A stretch of DNA of 64,000 nucleotides from Campylobacterota bacterium. Its GTDB lineage: Bacteria; Campylobacterota; Campylobacteria; Campylobacterales; Sulfurimonadaceae. The stretch covers positions 17,502 to 81,501 of the forward strand of contig JAYEKO010000061.1 of NCBI GenBank assembly GCA_034661055.1, given 5' to 3'. Of the stretch, positions 1-11,875 are shown piece after piece (the stretch's first letter is position 1; each line of letters starts with the position of its first letter). The position numbers and the translations under genes were made by a program. The notes under the pieces are model-generated. The model was not told where the DNA came from. It saw only the letters and a program-made list of their open reading frames with translations, and ran no database searches.

Positions 1-1525
1 CAGCAACATCACCTAAGGTTCCCGTATCACCACACTGTCCACCACTCTCAGCGTAAAATGGAGTTTTATCAAGTAATACCCAGCCTTTTTGTTTTGCATG
101 TAAGGTGTCAACCTTAGTAAAGTTCTCACCTAAGAGTGCTACGACCTTTGCTGTTGCATTGAGCGTGTTGTAACCGATAAACTCATTCTCACCAAAGGCT
201 TCTAGCAGTGCTTTAAAGTCACCCTCTACTGCTGCATCTCCACTACCCTTCCATGCTGCTTTAGCGCGGGTTCGCTGCTCTTGCATTAGGCTGTCAAATG
301 TTTTAGAATCAAGTGCAAGATTTTTATCTTTAAGCATATCTTCTGTTAAGTCTAACGGAAAGCCAAAGGTGTCATAAAGCTTAAAAGCCACTGCTCCACT
401 AAAGACATCTTTGGTATTTTTCAGCTCCTCTTCAAAAAGCTCAATTCCCGCTGCAATAGTCTTAAAGAAACGCTCTTCTTCAAGAAATATCTGCTCTTTT
501 ACTGCTTCTGATTTAGTAGCAATATAGGGGTAAGCATCTTTCATAGTCACAACTAAGGTATCGATTAATTGATGCATAAACGGCGCTCTAAATCCTAAGA
601 GGTATCCATGACGTACCGCTCGACGTAAAATACGACGTAACACATACCCACGTCCTTCATTTGAGAAGTTTGTCCCTTGGGCAAGTAAGAAGAGTGCCGT
701 TCGAACATGGTCAGCAATAACACGGTACGAAGCACCTGTAGCATACGAGTACTCTTTACCAATAAGCATTTCAACTTCTCTTATCATCGGCATAAAAAGT
801 GATGAACCGTAATTACTAAGTGCACCCTCTTTAATGGCAACAACACGCTCTAATCCCATACCTGTATCGATTGATGGACTTGGAAGTGGACTCATCTCAC
901 CTTTAGCATTACGCTCATACTGCATAAATACCAAGTTCCAAATCTCTAAGAAACGGTCACCTTCGCCACCTAGATAATCTTCTTTTGAGCTAAAGTGTTC
1001 AGCACCCTGATCATAAAAAATCTCAGAACATGGTCCACACGGTCCTGTATCACCCATCTGCCAAAAGTTGTCGGCATCACCAAGGCGTTTAATTCGATCT
1101 GGGGCAATATGTTTTTTCCAGAGCTCTTCAGCTTCATCATCGCTGTCATGAACCGTGACCCAGAGTTTTTCAACTGGAAGTTCTAGCACCTCAGTAATAA
1201 ACTCCCAAGAATAAGCGATAGCATCTTCTTTAAAGTAATCACCAAAGCTAAAGTTGCCTAACATCTCAAAAAATGTGTGGTGACGTGCTGTATGTCCAAC
1301 ATTCTCGAGGTCATTATGTTTTCCACCTGCGCGAAGACACGGCTGACACGATGTAGCACGAGGATTACTTGGAGTCGGAATCTCTCCTGTAAATACCGAT
1401 TTAAAAGGAACCATGCCTGCATTGTTAAAAAGTAAAGTAGCATCCTCAGGAACTAGAGGTGCCCCCTCAATTCGCTGATGGTTTTTTGATTCAAAATATT
1501 GTAGATACGCTTCTCTAACGTCCAT
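1..1525 (-). CDS. alaS: Alanine--tRNA ligase, N-terminal part (runs off window start)
   Basis: Not in the ORF track because it is truncated. Reverse-strand reading from ATG at 1525 gives [14 protein letters not shown]...[15 protein letters not shown]...[19 protein letters not shown]...[10 protein letters not shown]...[10 protein letters not shown], all AlaRS motifs. Confidence 0.97.
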   Translation of the reverse strand, partial: MDVREAYLQYFESKNHQRIEGAPLVPEDATLLFNNAGMVPFKSVFTGEIPTPSNPRATSCQPCLRAGGKHNDLENVGHTARHHTFFEMLGNFSFGDYFKEDAIAYSWEFITEVLELPVEKLWVTVHDSDDEAEELWKKHIAPDRIKRLGDADNFWQMGDTGPCGPCSEIFYDQGAEHFSSKEDYLGGEGDRFLEIWNLVFMQYERNAKGEMSPLPSPSIDTGMGLERVVAIKEGALSNYGSSLFMPMIREVEMLIGKEYSYATGASYRVIADHVRTALFLLAQGTNFSNEGRGYVLRRILRRAVRHGYLLGFRAPFMHQLIDTLVVTMKDAYPYIATKSEAVKEQIFLEEERFFKTIAAGIELFEEELKNTKDVFSGAVAFKLYDTFGFPLDLTEDMLKDKNLALDSKTFDSLMQEQRTRAKAAWKGSGDAAVEGDFKALLEAFGENEFIGYNTLNATAKVVALLGENFTKVDTLHAKQKGWVLLDKTPFYAESGGQCGDTGTLGDVA

Positions 1526-1556
1526 AATTATCACTTCTTTTTTATTAAATTACGCG

Positions 1557-1580
1557 ATTATAACTAAAATGACGTATAAT
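1557..1580. promoter_or_regulatory. Back-to-back sigma70-type -10 boxes: TATAAT on - strand at 1557-1562 for alaS, TATAAT on + strand at 1575-1580 for the chorismate mutase gene
   Basis: Two perfect TATAAT hexamers in a 74-bp divergent gap; AAAGGAG RBS before 1600. Confidence 0.55.
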
Positions 1581-1599
1581 ACCTATAAAGGAGTCATTT

Positions 1600-1899
1600 A
1601 TGGATATTAAAAAGTGCAATACATTAGAAGAAGTGCGTAGTGAAATTGATACTCTTGATACGATAATTGTTGAGTTGATTGCGGCTCGAAACAGTTATAT
1701 ACATCAAGCAGCAGGATTTAAAAATAGTGTTGAAGATGTAAAAGCAGAAGATCGAGTTGACTTTGTGCTACAAAAAGTACGTCATCAAGCACTTGAAGCA
1801 GGGGTTAACCCAAACCTAGTCTCTAAACTTTATGAGATGATGATTGAAGAGATGGTTGAGTCTGAAATAGCAGAATTTCGAAACAGAAAAGCATTTTAA
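1600..1899 (+). CDS. Chorismate mutase type II / isochorismate-pyruvate lyase family protein
   Basis: LEEVRSEIDTLDTIIVELIAARNSY...AAGFK...EDRVDFVL pattern of the AroQ fold; 99 aa. Confidence 0.85.
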   Translation: MDIKKCNTLEEVRSEIDTLDTIIVELIAARNSYIHQAAGFKNSVEDVKAEDRVDFVLQKVRHQALEAGVNPNLVSKLYEMMIEEMVESEIAEFRNRKAF

Positions 1900-1902
1900 C
1901 CC

Positions 1903-3858
1903 CTACAAAGCCTCTTTTTCAGGTTTACCAATGTGGTAACCCTGAATAAAATCAACCCCCATCGACTTAACTTTTTGCATGACCTCTTCAGAGTGAATAA
2001 ACTCTGCTATGGTTTTTATTCCCAATTTTTTAGCTGACATAATAATGGATTCAACAACAATTTCAGAGTCTTTATTGGTATCTATATCTTTAATTAAAGA
2101 GCTATCAATCTTTAAAAAATCTGCATGTAATTTAATTATATAGCTGTAGTTGGAGTACCCACTTCCAAAGTCATCAATAGCAACACGAGCACCAATTTCT
2201 CTAATCTCTTGAACAAAATTGTTCATAACATCAAACTCAGATATCTCTTCCGTTTCTAAAATTTCAAAAATAACTCTCTGTGGCTCTGGAAAGTTCTGTA
2301 ACTGTGAAATCATATAATCACGGGTCTGCTCGTCTAATATATCATCAATTGAGATATTAACCGAAAATTCATACTCTTTATCTCTAAAGTATTCAAACGC
2401 CTGTTTAAAAACAGTTTGGGTAATACGAAAATAGAGTTTAGAGTGTTTCGCTACATCCATGAAATAGTGAGGAGAGTAAACCTCCCCATCTCTACCTACT
2501 AAACGAATTAATGTCTCAAATTTCTGGGCATGATCTAGACCAACTGCTAAAATTGGTTGATAATAGGTTACAAGACGCTTCTCATCAAGAGCCTCTTTTA
2601 AGCGTGCTGTCCATAAAATATTCTGTTCAAAGTCCTCTTTACTCTCTAAATGATGTGAATATATCTCAAATGGTTTATTGGACTTTTTAGCACTATTTAA
2701 TGCCGCAACTGCTTTTTCTATGATATTCTCTCTATCTTCACAAACTCCACATGTAAGGGTTAAAAGTATTTCACTATTTTTATACATGTAAGGTCTATTA
2801 TTGAGCTTTGTCAAGGTCTCCATTAAACGAAATATATCAAAAGGCTTCTCACTTAAGCAGATAAATTCATCACTACCAAGTCTATAAATCTTGTCGCTAT
2901 CTTTATGACAATTTTCAATACGTCTGCCCAGCTCTACTAAAATATGATCTCCAACCTCATGACCATAAAAATCATTTATGCCTCGAAAATTGTCAATATT
3001 AAAGAGAATCAACGTAGGTGTTTCAGTTGCTTCTAAATCACGCTTTAGTGCCAACAGATTAGGCAAAGAGGTTAATGCATCTAAATAAAACTGCGCAATC
3101 ATCTTGTTGTAATAGTACTTAATCTCATCGAGCAATCCATTAAATACCGTTGCAATATGAGTAATCTCACTCACTGAAGAGTTCATAGCAATACGTTTAT
3201 TTAAATTTTTATGTTCAGATATATTCTGCATTTTAGAGGTAAAACGTACCAATGGATTAATAATCTTATTTTCAAGAATAAAGTAAAATATAATAAAAAC
3301 AACTATTAAAAATAGCACCAAAAAAAGTATGAAATAGGTCACCATGGTGTGAAGTGGAATATTGATGTCTTTAACAGGAAGATAGATGTCTAAAACACCA
3401 TTTATATCACCCACTCTACTGTTGTAATGACATGTAATACAAGACTCTTGAACTCTCATAGGGTAGAGATAGCGTACAAACTTCTCATCTTCTGTAACAA
3501 GAACCTCTTCGCCACTCATTGCCCTTTGTATATTAGAATCATCTTTAACATTTTTAGTAGCTATATGACTTTCACCTAACATCTCACTTACTAGTGCTGA
3601 ACGGTATGATTTAATTACAAGTCCATCATGAAGCGTGTTCATACGCTGCATAATTTTGTTGAGGTCTTCTTTACCCCAACCCTCTTGCATTTTAGTATTC
3701 ATGATTTCAAAGACGAATTCACTTGTCTTTTTTGCATCATTTCCAGCAAGGTTTTTTAAGGCAACACTTTTAAGGTAGTAACTAAACAAAACTCCTAAAA
3801 CAATACTGCCTGCAAGAAGCCAAAGTGTAATTTTTATTATAAGTTGTCTATTTGTCAT
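1903..3858 (-). CDS. Membrane-bound GGDEF-EAL protein (likely c-di-GMP phosphodiesterase) with periplasmic CxxCH sensor domain and HAMP-like linker
   Basis: Two TM segments; SCITCH heme-c motif; degenerate RLGSDEF; EAL domain with YYQP, ETL, EILE, DDFGSGYS, KID, AEF, QGY. Confidence 0.9.
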   Translation of the reverse strand: MTNRQLIIKITLWLLAGSIVLGVLFSYYLKSVALKNLAGNDAKKTSEFVFEIMNTKMQEGWGKEDLNKIMQRMNTLHDGLVIKSYRSALVSEMLGESHIATKNVKDDSNIQRAMSGEEVLVTEDEKFVRYLYPMRVQESCITCHYNSRVGDINGVLDIYLPVKDINIPLHTMVTYFILFLVLFLIVVFIIFYFILENKIINPLVRFTSKMQNISEHKNLNKRIAMNSSVSEITHIATVFNGLLDEIKYYYNKMIAQFYLDALTSLPNLLALKRDLEATETPTLILFNIDNFRGINDFYGHEVGDHILVELGRRIENCHKDSDKIYRLGSDEFICLSEKPFDIFRLMETLTKLNNRPYMYKNSEILLTLTCGVCEDRENIIEKAVAALNSAKKSNKPFEIYSHHLESKEDFEQNILWTARLKEALDEKRLVTYYQPILAVGLDHAQKFETLIRLVGRDGEVYSPHYFMDVAKHSKLYFRITQTVFKQAFEYFRDKEYEFSVNISIDDILDEQTRDYMISQLQNFPEPQRVIFEILETEEISEFDVMNNFVQEIREIGARVAIDDFGSGYSNYSYIIKLHADFLKIDSSLIKDIDTNKDSEIVVESIIMSAKKLGIKTIAEFIHSEEVMQKVKSMGVDFIQGYHIGKPEKEAL

Positions 3859-3947
3859 AATTTTTCTTTTTTACATTGTTCTTATCAATTGTAGCAAAGA
3901 ATTAATAAAAGTGTCATTTTTATGCTATTTTTAATAAACAATCGAAG

Positions 3948-4550
3948 CTATAACGCCTTTTTTTTCTGAATATACATGTAAATAAGGCCAATTAATACCA
4001 CGCTAAAAAGCGCTACGATGGTAATTTGTGAAAGATAGCTCTTAATTAACTCCTCATTATTGCCAATAACATAACCCAAAATTATTAATATTAGGGACCA
4101 CAAACCTGCACCTAGGGCCGTATAGAAAGAGAATACTTTTAGATCCATTTTCGAGATTCCAGCAGGAATGGAGATGAGTTGTCGAATACCTGGAATAAGA
4201 CGTCCTGTAAATGTTGAAATATGTCCATGCCTTTCAAAGTAACTATCCATCTTGTGAATTGCTTCTGGTTTGATAAAAAAATACTTTCCATACCGCTCCA
4301 ACAGCGCTCGTCCAATCAACATAGCACCAAAATAATTAATAAAAGCACCCACCATGGAACCTGAAAGTGCCATCAAAAAGACCATACTAAAACTCATCTC
4401 ACCCTGACTTGCCAGATAGCCTGCCGGGATTAATACAATTTCACTAGGAAAAGGAATAAAAGAGCTCTCAATAGTCATTAAGGCAAAAATACCAAAATAT
4501 CCAAATTCAAAGATGGTATCGACCATCCATTGCGCCATCTCTGCTAACAC
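3948..4550 (-). CDS. DedA family membrane protein
   Basis: IESSFIPFPSEIVLIPAG and GRLIPGIRQLISIPAG motifs. Confidence 0.93.
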   Translation of the reverse strand: MLAEMAQWMVDTIFEFGYFGIFALMTIESSFIPFPSEIVLIPAGYLASQGEMSFSMVFLMALSGSMVGAFINYFGAMLIGRALLERYGKYFFIKPEAIHKMDSYFERHGHISTFTGRLIPGIRQLISIPAGISKMDLKVFSFYTALGAGLWSLILIILGYVIGNNEELIKSYLSQITIVALFSVVLIGLIYMYIQKKKAL

Positions 4551-5566
4551 GTTACCACTCCTTCAATATACTCTACTATCTCTTGCGAGGCGTTATCACC
4601 ACCTAGATGTGTTAGACCCTCACTCATCTTGCTAATATCTTCATCTAAAACTTTTAAAATATTTACATGTAAATCATCACTTTGACGTTCACACCACGCT
4701 AAGTTTTTATCTACTAAAAACTTAGCATTATAAAACTGATGATCTCCTGCTGCATAAGGGTAAGGTATGTAAAAAGCCGGTAGTCCATTCGCGCAGAGTT
4801 CCCATAAGGTACTAGCTCCTGCTCTTGAAATTGCTAAGTCGCTCTGTTCTAGTAATTTTGACAGCTCTTTTGTAAAGCCGAACAAATCTACATGTATATT
4901 TAATCTCTTATACTCATTTTTTAGACGCTCATAATCACGCTCACCAGATTGATGAATAATATTAATACCACGTGCATTTAATTCAGGAGCCATTTTTAAA
5001 GCTAAATCATTTATAAACTGCGCTCCTTGAGAGCCTCCTAAGAAGATGATGGTTTTAATATCTTTACGAATATGTGCCGTCTTAAATAAAAGAGTATTAA
5101 CAGGATAGCCTTTTATAGGCGATGTCTCATCATAAGAGCTGAAAAATGCAGAAGAACTAGACTGTAATAGAGCGTTTAATCGTCCAGTTACCGCATTTTG
5201 TTCATGAATAAAAAATGGCACCTTTAACGTAACTGCAGCAAATGAAGCGGGAGCTGCTGAGAACCCTCCAACGCTAATAACCGCATCTACATGTAAATTT
5301 TTAATGAGCTTACGGGATTTAAAAAAGGCCTTAAATATCTTAAATAGTGCCTTTAGTTTTCCCAGACCCCTCTGGTTGACAACGCCTGTTGTCTCAAAAA
5401 AGTATTTCTCCTCAAAACCCATTTCGTTCAAAAACCATTTTTGGTCTTGTCCAGACATTGAACCAATGTAGATTGCTTTATGTCCTCGCTCTTTTAATGC
5501 GTTTAGAAGTGATGCGGCAATGCTTAAATGCCCACCGGTTCCACCTCCTGTAATTAAAAATGTCAT
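4544..5566 (-). CDS. murG: Undecaprenyl-PP-MurNAc-pentapeptide N-acetylglucosamine transferase
   Basis: TGGGTGGH, HEQN, GGSQGA, SRAGAST, DHQFYNA motifs. Confidence 0.97.
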   Translation of the reverse strand: MTFLITGGGTGGHLSIAASLLNALKERGHKAIYIGSMSGQDQKWFLNEMGFEEKYFFETTGVVNQRGLGKLKALFKIFKAFFKSRKLIKNLHVDAVISVGGFSAAPASFAAVTLKVPFFIHEQNAVTGRLNALLQSSSSAFFSSYDETSPIKGYPVNTLLFKTAHIRKDIKTIIFLGGSQGAQFINDLALKMAPELNARGINIIHQSGERDYERLKNEYKRLNIHVDLFGFTKELSKLLEQSDLAISRAGASTLWELCANGLPAFYIPYPYAAGDHQFYNAKFLVDKNLAWCERQSDDLHVNILKVLDEDISKMSEGLTHLGGDNASQEIVEYIEGVVTC

Positions 5567-6729
5567 TTCTCTGCTTTCATTGTCTTAGATACCATAAGCA
5601 CCATTCCCACACCAATAGAGGCGGCAAGAATTGCTGAGCCCCCATAGCTTAAAAATGGTACTGATATTCCTTTAATAGGAGTTAGTCCACTAATTCCATA
5701 AGCATTAATTAAAAAGGCAAACGAGAGCAGAAGGGCTACACCAACACTAAAAAGATAGTAGATGTTATTTGGACAGCGATTAGCAATGGTAAAAATACGC
5801 TTTATCATCCACATAAAAAGTACCGTCACTATAAACAGACCTAAAAATCCAAACTCTTCTGAGATTCCTGCTAATATAAAATCGGTATGTACCTCGCTTA
5901 AAAAACCCAGTTTAAAGGTGCCATTACCTAGACCGACACCAAAAAGTCCTCCATTGTTAATAGCATTAAGAGAGTGGCCAATTTGGTAGGGTTCATCAAA
6001 AGACTCAACTCGAAGTTCTGAGGCGATAGACTCTGGAAAAACAGTAAGAATGGTATCTTGTGCCTGTGACCACCATGAGCGAATGCGTAATATTCGATGC
6101 TCTGCAGTAAGAATAAAAAAAGCAAAAAACAGTAGTGCGCTAGAGATAAGAGTCAAGAAGAACTTAAAACTGCTACCCGCTAAAAAAAGCATAAACAGTA
6201 GTGTCATAGATAGAACAACAACTTGCCCCAAATCTTTTTGAATGATTGCAATTAAAAACATAACCAAAACAAAAATAAAAGCATACGGAGCAAAACGGCG
6301 AAACTCTGCTAAAAGTCCCATTTTTGCATGATGCCCCAGTTTTCTAGAGAAGCTCCATGCTAAAAAGTAAACAAATCCCACTTTAAAAAACTCAACAGGT
6401 GCTAAAGAGAAACCAAAGAGTTTAATCCATCGTGATGCCCCACCCACTTCACTTACAAGACTAGAAGGCAAAAATGGCATAGCTATCATGGTAATGCTTC
6501 CACCTAAAAAGAGCAATAGACCAATTCGATGTAACCAAATATCTGGATTTAGTTGTGCTAATGACCAAATAACAACAATAGAGACAATACCAAAAACAGA
6601 TTGACGCATTAAGAAATGGTAATGGTTGTATTCAAAGTGTAGAACAATATAGGATGAAAGAGAGTAAACCGCAATAATACCTATGGTAATAAGCAGAGAT
6701 GTAATAATAAAAAGTCGTTTGTCTGCCAT
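5563..6729 (-). CDS. ftsW: Cell division SEDS glycosyltransferase FtsW (start probably MADKRL)
   Basis: GASRWI, PVEFFK, DLGQ, EVHTDFI, PFLSYGGS; directly upstream of murG. Confidence 0.93.
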   Translation of the reverse strand: MADKRLFIITSLLITIGIIAVYSLSSYIVLHFEYNHYHFLMRQSVFGIVSIVVIWSLAQLNPDIWLHRIGLLLFLGGSITMIAMPFLPSSLVSEVGGASRWIKLFGFSLAPVEFFKVGFVYFLAWSFSRKLGHHAKMGLLAEFRRFAPYAFIFVLVMFLIAIIQKDLGQVVVLSMTLLFMLFLAGSSFKFFLTLISSALLFFAFFILTAEHRILRIRSWWSQAQDTILTVFPESIASELRVESFDEPYQIGHSLNAINNGGLFGVGLGNGTFKLGFLSEVHTDFILAGISEEFGFLGLFIVTVLFMWMIKRIFTIANRCPNNIYYLFSVGVALLLSFAFLINAYGISGLTPIKGISVPFLSYGGSAILAASIGVGMVLMVSKTMKAEK

Positions 6730-6793
6730 AACTACTACCATCTATTTTTAATGCAATTGTACCTTTTTTAGTTTAACACTAACAGATAAACTA

Positions 6794-6811
6794 TTGGAAT
6801 GAAAAATGCTT
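6794..6811 (+). promoter_or_regulatory. Sigma54 (-24/-12) promoter of flgB operon
   Basis: TTGGAATGAAAAATGCTT: GG(6796-97)-N10-GC(6808-09), matching the epsilonproteobacterial TTGGAA...TGCTT consensus; flgB is RpoN-dependent in Campylobacter/Helicobacter. Confidence 0.8.
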
Positions 6812-6838
6812 GCTACTTCATAACATAAGGAGTAAGTA

Positions 6839-7264
6839 ATGGGCATAGTAATTTCACAAGCACATGAACTGATGAAAGAGGCACTAAACTACCGAGCACA
6901 ACGTCAAGATATGATAGCTTCAAATATTGCTAACGCCGATACTCCTTTTTACCGTCCACGTGACATTAACTTTGAAGATATGTTGAGTCAAAAAAGAGAG
7001 GCGATGTTTGCTAATGAAGCAAGCCTAGAGCTTGCCAGTACTAACAGTGCTCATCTTGAGGTGCAAGATATGAAAAACACGACACGAGCAACTCTCTTTT
7101 TTAGAGATGGACACATGGCACGAAATGATGGAAACAGTGTTGATATAGACGTAGAGACTACTGAGATGTCAAAAAACTCAATAGCATTTAATACACTAAT
7201 TGCATCAGTAAAGAAGAGCGGTGGCATTTTTAAAAGTGTCATTGAAGCGTCTTCAAAAGTTTAA
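6839..7264 (+). CDS. flgB: Flagellar basal-body rod protein FlgB
   Basis: RQDMIASNIANADTPFY, RNDGNSVDIDVE. Confidence 0.97.
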   Translation: MGIVISQAHELMKEALNYRAQRQDMIASNIANADTPFYRPRDINFEDMLSQKREAMFANEASLELASTNSAHLEVQDMKNTTRATLFFRDGHMARNDGNSVDIDVETTEMSKNSIAFNTLIASVKKSGGIFKSVIEASSKV

Positions 7265-7282
7265 AGAATTAGGAAATAGATT

Positions 7283-7774
7283 ATGGCTTTTTTAAATAGT
7301 TTTGATATTAGCGGTTACGGACTTTCAGCGCAACGTGTTCGTGTCAATACCATTAGTTCAAACATTGCTAATGCAAGCACAACACGCACCGATGAAGGTG
7401 GTCCGTACCGACGTAAAGAGGTTATTTTTAAAGCGCAGAACTTTGATGATCTTTTAAGTAATAACCTAAAAAACTCTACCGATTCATTAAAATATAGTGA
7501 CCCACTTAAAGAGGGAGACTTTAATAAAAAAGTTAATCCTGCTATAATGAGTGTAATCGTTGATAAGATCGCTCAAGACGACAGTGACTTTAAAATGAAG
7601 TATGACCCATCACACCCAGATGCGGATGCTTCTGGTTATGTTGCTTATCCAAATATTAATCCTGTCATTGAAATGGCCGATTTAGTAGAAGCAACACGAT
7701 CATATCAAGCAAATGTTGCGGCATTTGAAAGTGCAAAGAACATGGCAAACAGTGCCATCTCTTTGCTACAGTAA
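7283..7774 (+). CDS. flgC: Flagellar basal-body rod protein FlgC
   Basis: SGYGLSAQRVR..NIANA, GPYRRK, YDPSHPDA, EMADLVEATRSYQAN. Confidence 0.97.
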   Translation: MAFLNSFDISGYGLSAQRVRVNTISSNIANASTTRTDEGGPYRRKEVIFKAQNFDDLLSNNLKNSTDSLKYSDPLKEGDFNKKVNPAIMSVIVDKIAQDDSDFKMKYDPSHPDADASGYVAYPNINPVIEMADLVEATRSYQANVAAFESAKNMANSAISLLQ

Positions 7775-7788
7775 AGGAGAGTAGCTAA

Positions 7789-8094
7789 ATGGCTGATATC
7801 AATAACATCTCATCACTATCAACTGCAGACCTCCTTAAAAAGGGAAATAGCTCTTCAATTCAAGATGGTAGTAATGTCAACTTTGCAGACCAGCTTAAAA
7901 GTGCCATTAATGAAGTTAATACCCACCAAGTAGAGGGTGAACACGCTATGGCAGACATGGCAACAGGACAGGTTAAAGACCTCCATCAAGCGGCGCTTGC
8001 CATTAGTAAAGCTGAAACAAGCATGAAGCTGATGCTAGAAGTTCGAAACAAAGCTCTCAGCGCTTACAAAGAAATCACAAGAACACAACTCTAA
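7789..8094 (+). CDS. fliE: Flagellar hook-basal body protein FliE
   Basis: DLHQAALAISKAETSMKLMLEVRNKALSAYKEI. Confidence 0.95.
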   Translation: MADINNISSLSTADLLKKGNSSSIQDGSNVNFADQLKSAINEVNTHQVEGEHAMADMATGQVKDLHQAALAISKAETSMKLMLEVRNKALSAYKEITRTQL

Positions 8095-8124
8095 ACCTGT
8101 TGTGCTTCTCATTTAAGAGCATTA

Positions 8125-9897
8125 ATGGCTAACTCTAACCGTTCCAAAAAAATTGTCACCCTCTTTATGTTGATTATTTTAGGCTTTATCATATTTTTAA
8201 GTGTTATGCTCTACACCTCTATTAAAAATCGTCATCTTCCATCTAAATATACCTCCGAAAGCACCAAAGCACAGCGTGGGCATATTATCTCCCAAGATGG
8301 ATTTCATGTTGCATCAACACAAAAGCTCTACAAGGCAACCGTCAACACTCTCAATATTGACCCTAACAAAAAAGATCTATTTGTTGAACTTTTCAGTATT
8401 TACAGTGGTGTTGATCAAAAGAGCATTAGAAAAAAACTCAATTCCCGTAAAGGAAGTGTTGTACTAAGCTACCACATCAATCCAAAAAATGCTCAATATT
8501 TAAAGACTCTAGCTTTTGAACTGCGTAGATTAAAAGTTTTTATTGAGTATCACAACCGTTATGGCCGCGCTATTTTACATGGTCTCAACATTGTTGAGAG
8601 TGGCGAGACTAGAGAGTATCCTTACGGAAAGGTCTTAACCCCTCTTATTGGATATCCTCGCAAGATGGAAGTCAATGGATATACCAGAATTCATGGCATC
8701 AAAGGTATTGAGAAGCAGTACGAAGATGAACTAAATCCCATTCAAAATGGCTCTCAACGTGCCCCAAGAGATGTTAATAGCTACATGATATTAAATAAAA
8801 AAAGTTTTACAAAACGTGAAATTAATGGCTTAGACGTTAAGCTCAACATTCCACTGACCTTGCAGGTTCGTGTTGAAAAGATGTTAAAGCAGATGAAAGA
8901 AGAACTAAATGCCAAAGAGGTTCTTGCTGTAGTCATGCAGGCCAATAATGGTAAAGTCATCTCATTAGCTAGTTCAAATCAGTTCTTTCCAAAAGCCATC
9001 CGAAGAAGTGACTACCCATCACTAAATACCAACCCCATTGAGTACAGTTTTGAAGTCGGTTCAGTGCTTAAGCCTATTACCCTCTCACTACTTTTAGAAT
9101 TGAGAAAAATTAATCCATATGATTTAGTCTTTTGTAATAATGGCCGCTATAAACTGGGTCGTAAAGTCATCACCGATGAACATAAATTTGACTGGCTCAG
9201 TGCTGAAGACATTATTGTACACTCTTCAAATATCGGTATTTCAAAACTAGCACAGAAGCTTGAGGGCTTCGAGTTTCATGACGGATTAACCAACTATGGA
9301 CTCTCTAAAAAAAGCGGTGTTGATCTTCCTTATGAGAAAAAAGGCTCTCTACCATCTGTTAGACAGTTAAATGCACCCATATACAAAGCTACCTGCGCCT
9401 ACGGTTATGGTATGCGTGGCAATTTAATGCAACTTGTAAAAGCCTATAACACTTTTAATAACAATGGGCTTGCTGTTACGCCACAAGTAGCTCAACACCT
9501 TATTGATGAACTTGGAACTATTATTCCTCTTGAAACGGATGAGCCTACTCAGATTATTTCACCAGCAACAGCACAGATGATGAAAAAAATTCTAGTTAAA
9601 ACGGTTAATGAAGGAACTGGTCAAAAAACGCGTATTAAAGGTCTTGAAATAGGAGGTAAGACAGGCACTGCACATATTGCAGTTAAGGGACGCTACGTCA
9701 ATCAATATAACTCTTCATTTATCGGTTTTGCCAATGATGAAAATAACAGCTACACCATTGGCGTTACTGTGGTAAAACCTAAAAAAGTCTATTTTGCTTC
9801 ACAAACTGCAGTACCTACATTCAAAAAGATTGTTGAAATCTTAGTAAATGAGAAATTCCTTACTCCAAAACCTCAACCAATAGAAGAAGATCTATAG
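8125..9897 (+). CDS. ftsI: Class B penicillin-binding protein (FtsI/PBP3-like)
   Basis: N-terminal TM; REYPYG; GSVLKP (SxxK), SSN (SxN), GKTGTA (KTG); follows fliE as in Campylobacter. Confidence 0.88.
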   Translation: MANSNRSKKIVTLFMLIILGFIIFLSVMLYTSIKNRHLPSKYTSESTKAQRGHIISQDGFHVASTQKLYKATVNTLNIDPNKKDLFVELFSIYSGVDQKSIRKKLNSRKGSVVLSYHINPKNAQYLKTLAFELRRLKVFIEYHNRYGRAILHGLNIVESGETREYPYGKVLTPLIGYPRKMEVNGYTRIHGIKGIEKQYEDELNPIQNGSQRAPRDVNSYMILNKKSFTKREINGLDVKLNIPLTLQVRVEKMLKQMKEELNAKEVLAVVMQANNGKVISLASSNQFFPKAIRRSDYPSLNTNPIEYSFEVGSVLKPITLSLLLELRKINPYDLVFCNNGRYKLGRKVITDEHKFDWLSAEDIIVHSSNIGISKLAQKLEGFEFHDGLTNYGLSKKSGVDLPYEKKGSLPSVRQLNAPIYKATCAYGYGMRGNLMQLVKAYNTFNNNGLAVTPQVAQHLIDELGTIIPLETDEPTQIISPATAQMMKKILVKTVNEGTGQKTRIKGLEIGGKTGTAHIAVKGRYVNQYNSSFIGFANDENNSYTIGVTVVKPKKVYFASQTAVPTFKKIVEILVNEKFLTPKPQPIEEDL

Positions 9898-10713
9898 CTG
9901 CAAATTGTCTATAAGACGTGTCTGACCTACACGTGCCGCAATTAAAATAATAGTATTGCCAAGTTCTACCTTCTCTATGTGGTTAAACTCCCTATCAACA
10001 AACGCAATATACTCTACATCAATACTACTCATAATAGTACTCATCTCCTGTGATATAACATCAGTGGCTATAATATCTTGTGTCACCATTTTAGTAGCAC
10101 GCTTAAGAGAGTAAGAGATACTCAGTGCTTTTTTACGATCTGTCTCGCTTAGGTAAATATTTCTACTGCTTAACGCTAAACCATCACTCTCACGAACGGT
10201 ATCTACAGCAACAATATTTACATGTAAAAAAAAGTTTCGTACCATCTGCTCAATAAGTATCAATTGCTGTGCATCCTTTTTTCCAAAATATGCATTTGTT
10301 GGAGTGACAATATTAAGAAGTTTAAGAACAACTGTTAATACGCCGTCAAAATGCCCTGGTCGAGAGTGTCCGTCTAAGATATAGGCTCGTATGTCTGGAG
10401 CATTGACGCGCACCTCATCACTTCCATAAACATCTTCAGCCTGCGGGTAAAATAGATAGTCAACACCGCTAAGCTCACAAATACGCTTGTCTGCTTCCTC
10501 TTTACGTGGATAACTCTGTAAATCTTCACCCTCCAAAAACTGTGTTGGATTAACAAAAATTGAGACAACAACTATCTCATTCTCACTTCGTGCAGACTCT
10601 ATTAATGTACGATGTCCTAAATGCAGTGCTCCCATTGTGGGAACAAAGCCAATAGTTTTGTTTAAAGTTTTTAATTCATTCTGCAATAGGAGCGGATCAC
10701 TAAAAATTTTCAT
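9892..10713 (-). CDS. panC: Pantoate--beta-alanine ligase
   Basis: [50 protein letters not shown]. Confidence 0.98.
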   Translation of the reverse strand: MKIFSDPLLLQNELKTLNKTIGFVPTMGALHLGHRTLIESARSENEIVVVSIFVNPTQFLEGEDLQSYPRKEEADKRICELSGVDYLFYPQAEDVYGSDEVRVNAPDIRAYILDGHSRPGHFDGVLTVVLKLLNIVTPTNAYFGKKDAQQLILIEQMVRNFFLHVNIVAVDTVRESDGLALSSRNIYLSETDRKKALSISYSLKRATKMVTQDIIATDVISQEMSTIMSSIDVEYIAFVDREFNHIEKVELGNTIILIAARVGQTRLIDNLQL

Positions 10714-10766
10714 ATATTAAGCCTCAATTGAATATAATCAGTATTATATATTATTTGGAGACAATT

Positions 10767-11864
10767 TTGGACCATTATGAGTATTCTGAGCTATTAAAGA
10801 CATTAACAATTAAGATGCACAACATTAAAGGGGTAATTCAACCCAAAGCAATTCAAGATAGACTGGGTGAAATTGAAACCTTGGAGAATTCTCAAGACTT
10901 CTGGAATGATGCTGCATATGCCGCACAAATTCAAAAAGAGAAGACTCAAATTGAGCGTAAACTTGAAAAGTATAGTGCTACTGCCAATACACTATCTGAA
11001 GCAGAAGAATTTTATGCCATGGCAAAAGATGAGGGCGACGATGAGACAATAGAGTCACTCTTTGAAGATGCCAACGAACTGGAGAATTTGGTAGAGAGCA
11101 TGGAGATTGCTGTACTACTTAGCGGTGATCATGATGGCAATAATGCCATTCTCTCTATTCATCCTGGGGCCGGTGGTACAGAGAGTCAAGATTGGGCACT
11201 TATGCTACTGCGTATGTACAAACGTTGGGCAGAGCGTCACGACTTTAGTATTGAGACACTTGATTATCAAAATGGTGAAGAAGCTGGTATCAAAGATGCC
11301 TCAATTCTCATTAAAGGTGAAAATGTATATGGCTACTTAAAAGTAGAAAATGGTATTCACCGTCTTGTTCGCATTAGTCCTTTTGATTCCAACGCCAAAC
11401 GTCATACCTCTTTTAGCTCTGTTATGGTATCTCCTGAAGTTGATGATGATATTGATATTGTTATTGAAGATAAAGATATTCGTATCGACACATATCGTGC
11501 CTCAGGTGCAGGTGGACAGCATGTCAATAAAACAGAATCTGCCATCCGTATTACGCATATTGATACAGGAGTCGTAGTACAGTGTCAAAATGATAGAAGC
11601 CAACATAAAAACAAAGCTACAGCAATGAAGATGTTAAAATCACGCCTCTATGAACTCAAGCTTGAAGAGCAAAAAGCAGAAGAAGCTGGAGTTGAAAAGA
11701 GTGAAATTGGTTGGGGACATCAGATTCGTTCCTACGTCATGCAGCCATACCAGCAGGTTAAAGATACCCGCTCAAATATTCCCATGTCCAATGTAAGCGG
11801 TATCTTAGATGGTGACATTGACCAGTTGATTGAAGGAGTTTTAATCGCACAGAGTCAAAAATAA
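10767..11864 (+). CDS. prfB: Peptide chain release factor 2 (start probably TTG at 10767; no programmed frameshift)
   Basis: SPF motif and GGQ; GGAG RBS at 10757-10760; single continuous ORF. Confidence 0.96.
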   Translation: MDHYEYSELLKTLTIKMHNIKGVIQPKAIQDRLGEIETLENSQDFWNDAAYAAQIQKEKTQIERKLEKYSATANTLSEAEEFYAMAKDEGDDETIESLFEDANELENLVESMEIAVLLSGDHDGNNAILSIHPGAGGTESQDWALMLLRMYKRWAERHDFSIETLDYQNGEEAGIKDASILIKGENVYGYLKVENGIHRLVRISPFDSNAKRHTSFSSVMVSPEVDDDIDIVIEDKDIRIDTYRASGAGGQHVNKTESAIRITHIDTGVVVQCQNDRSQHKNKATAMKMLKSRLYELKLEEQKAEEAGVEKSEIGWGHQIRSYVMQPYQQVKDTRSNIPMSNVSGILDGDIDQLIEGVLIAQSQK

Positions 11865-11875
11865 TTACATGTAAA

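Noticed and set aside
10728..11864. prfB without the +1 programmed frameshift
   Set aside because: Normal for this lineage; not novel.
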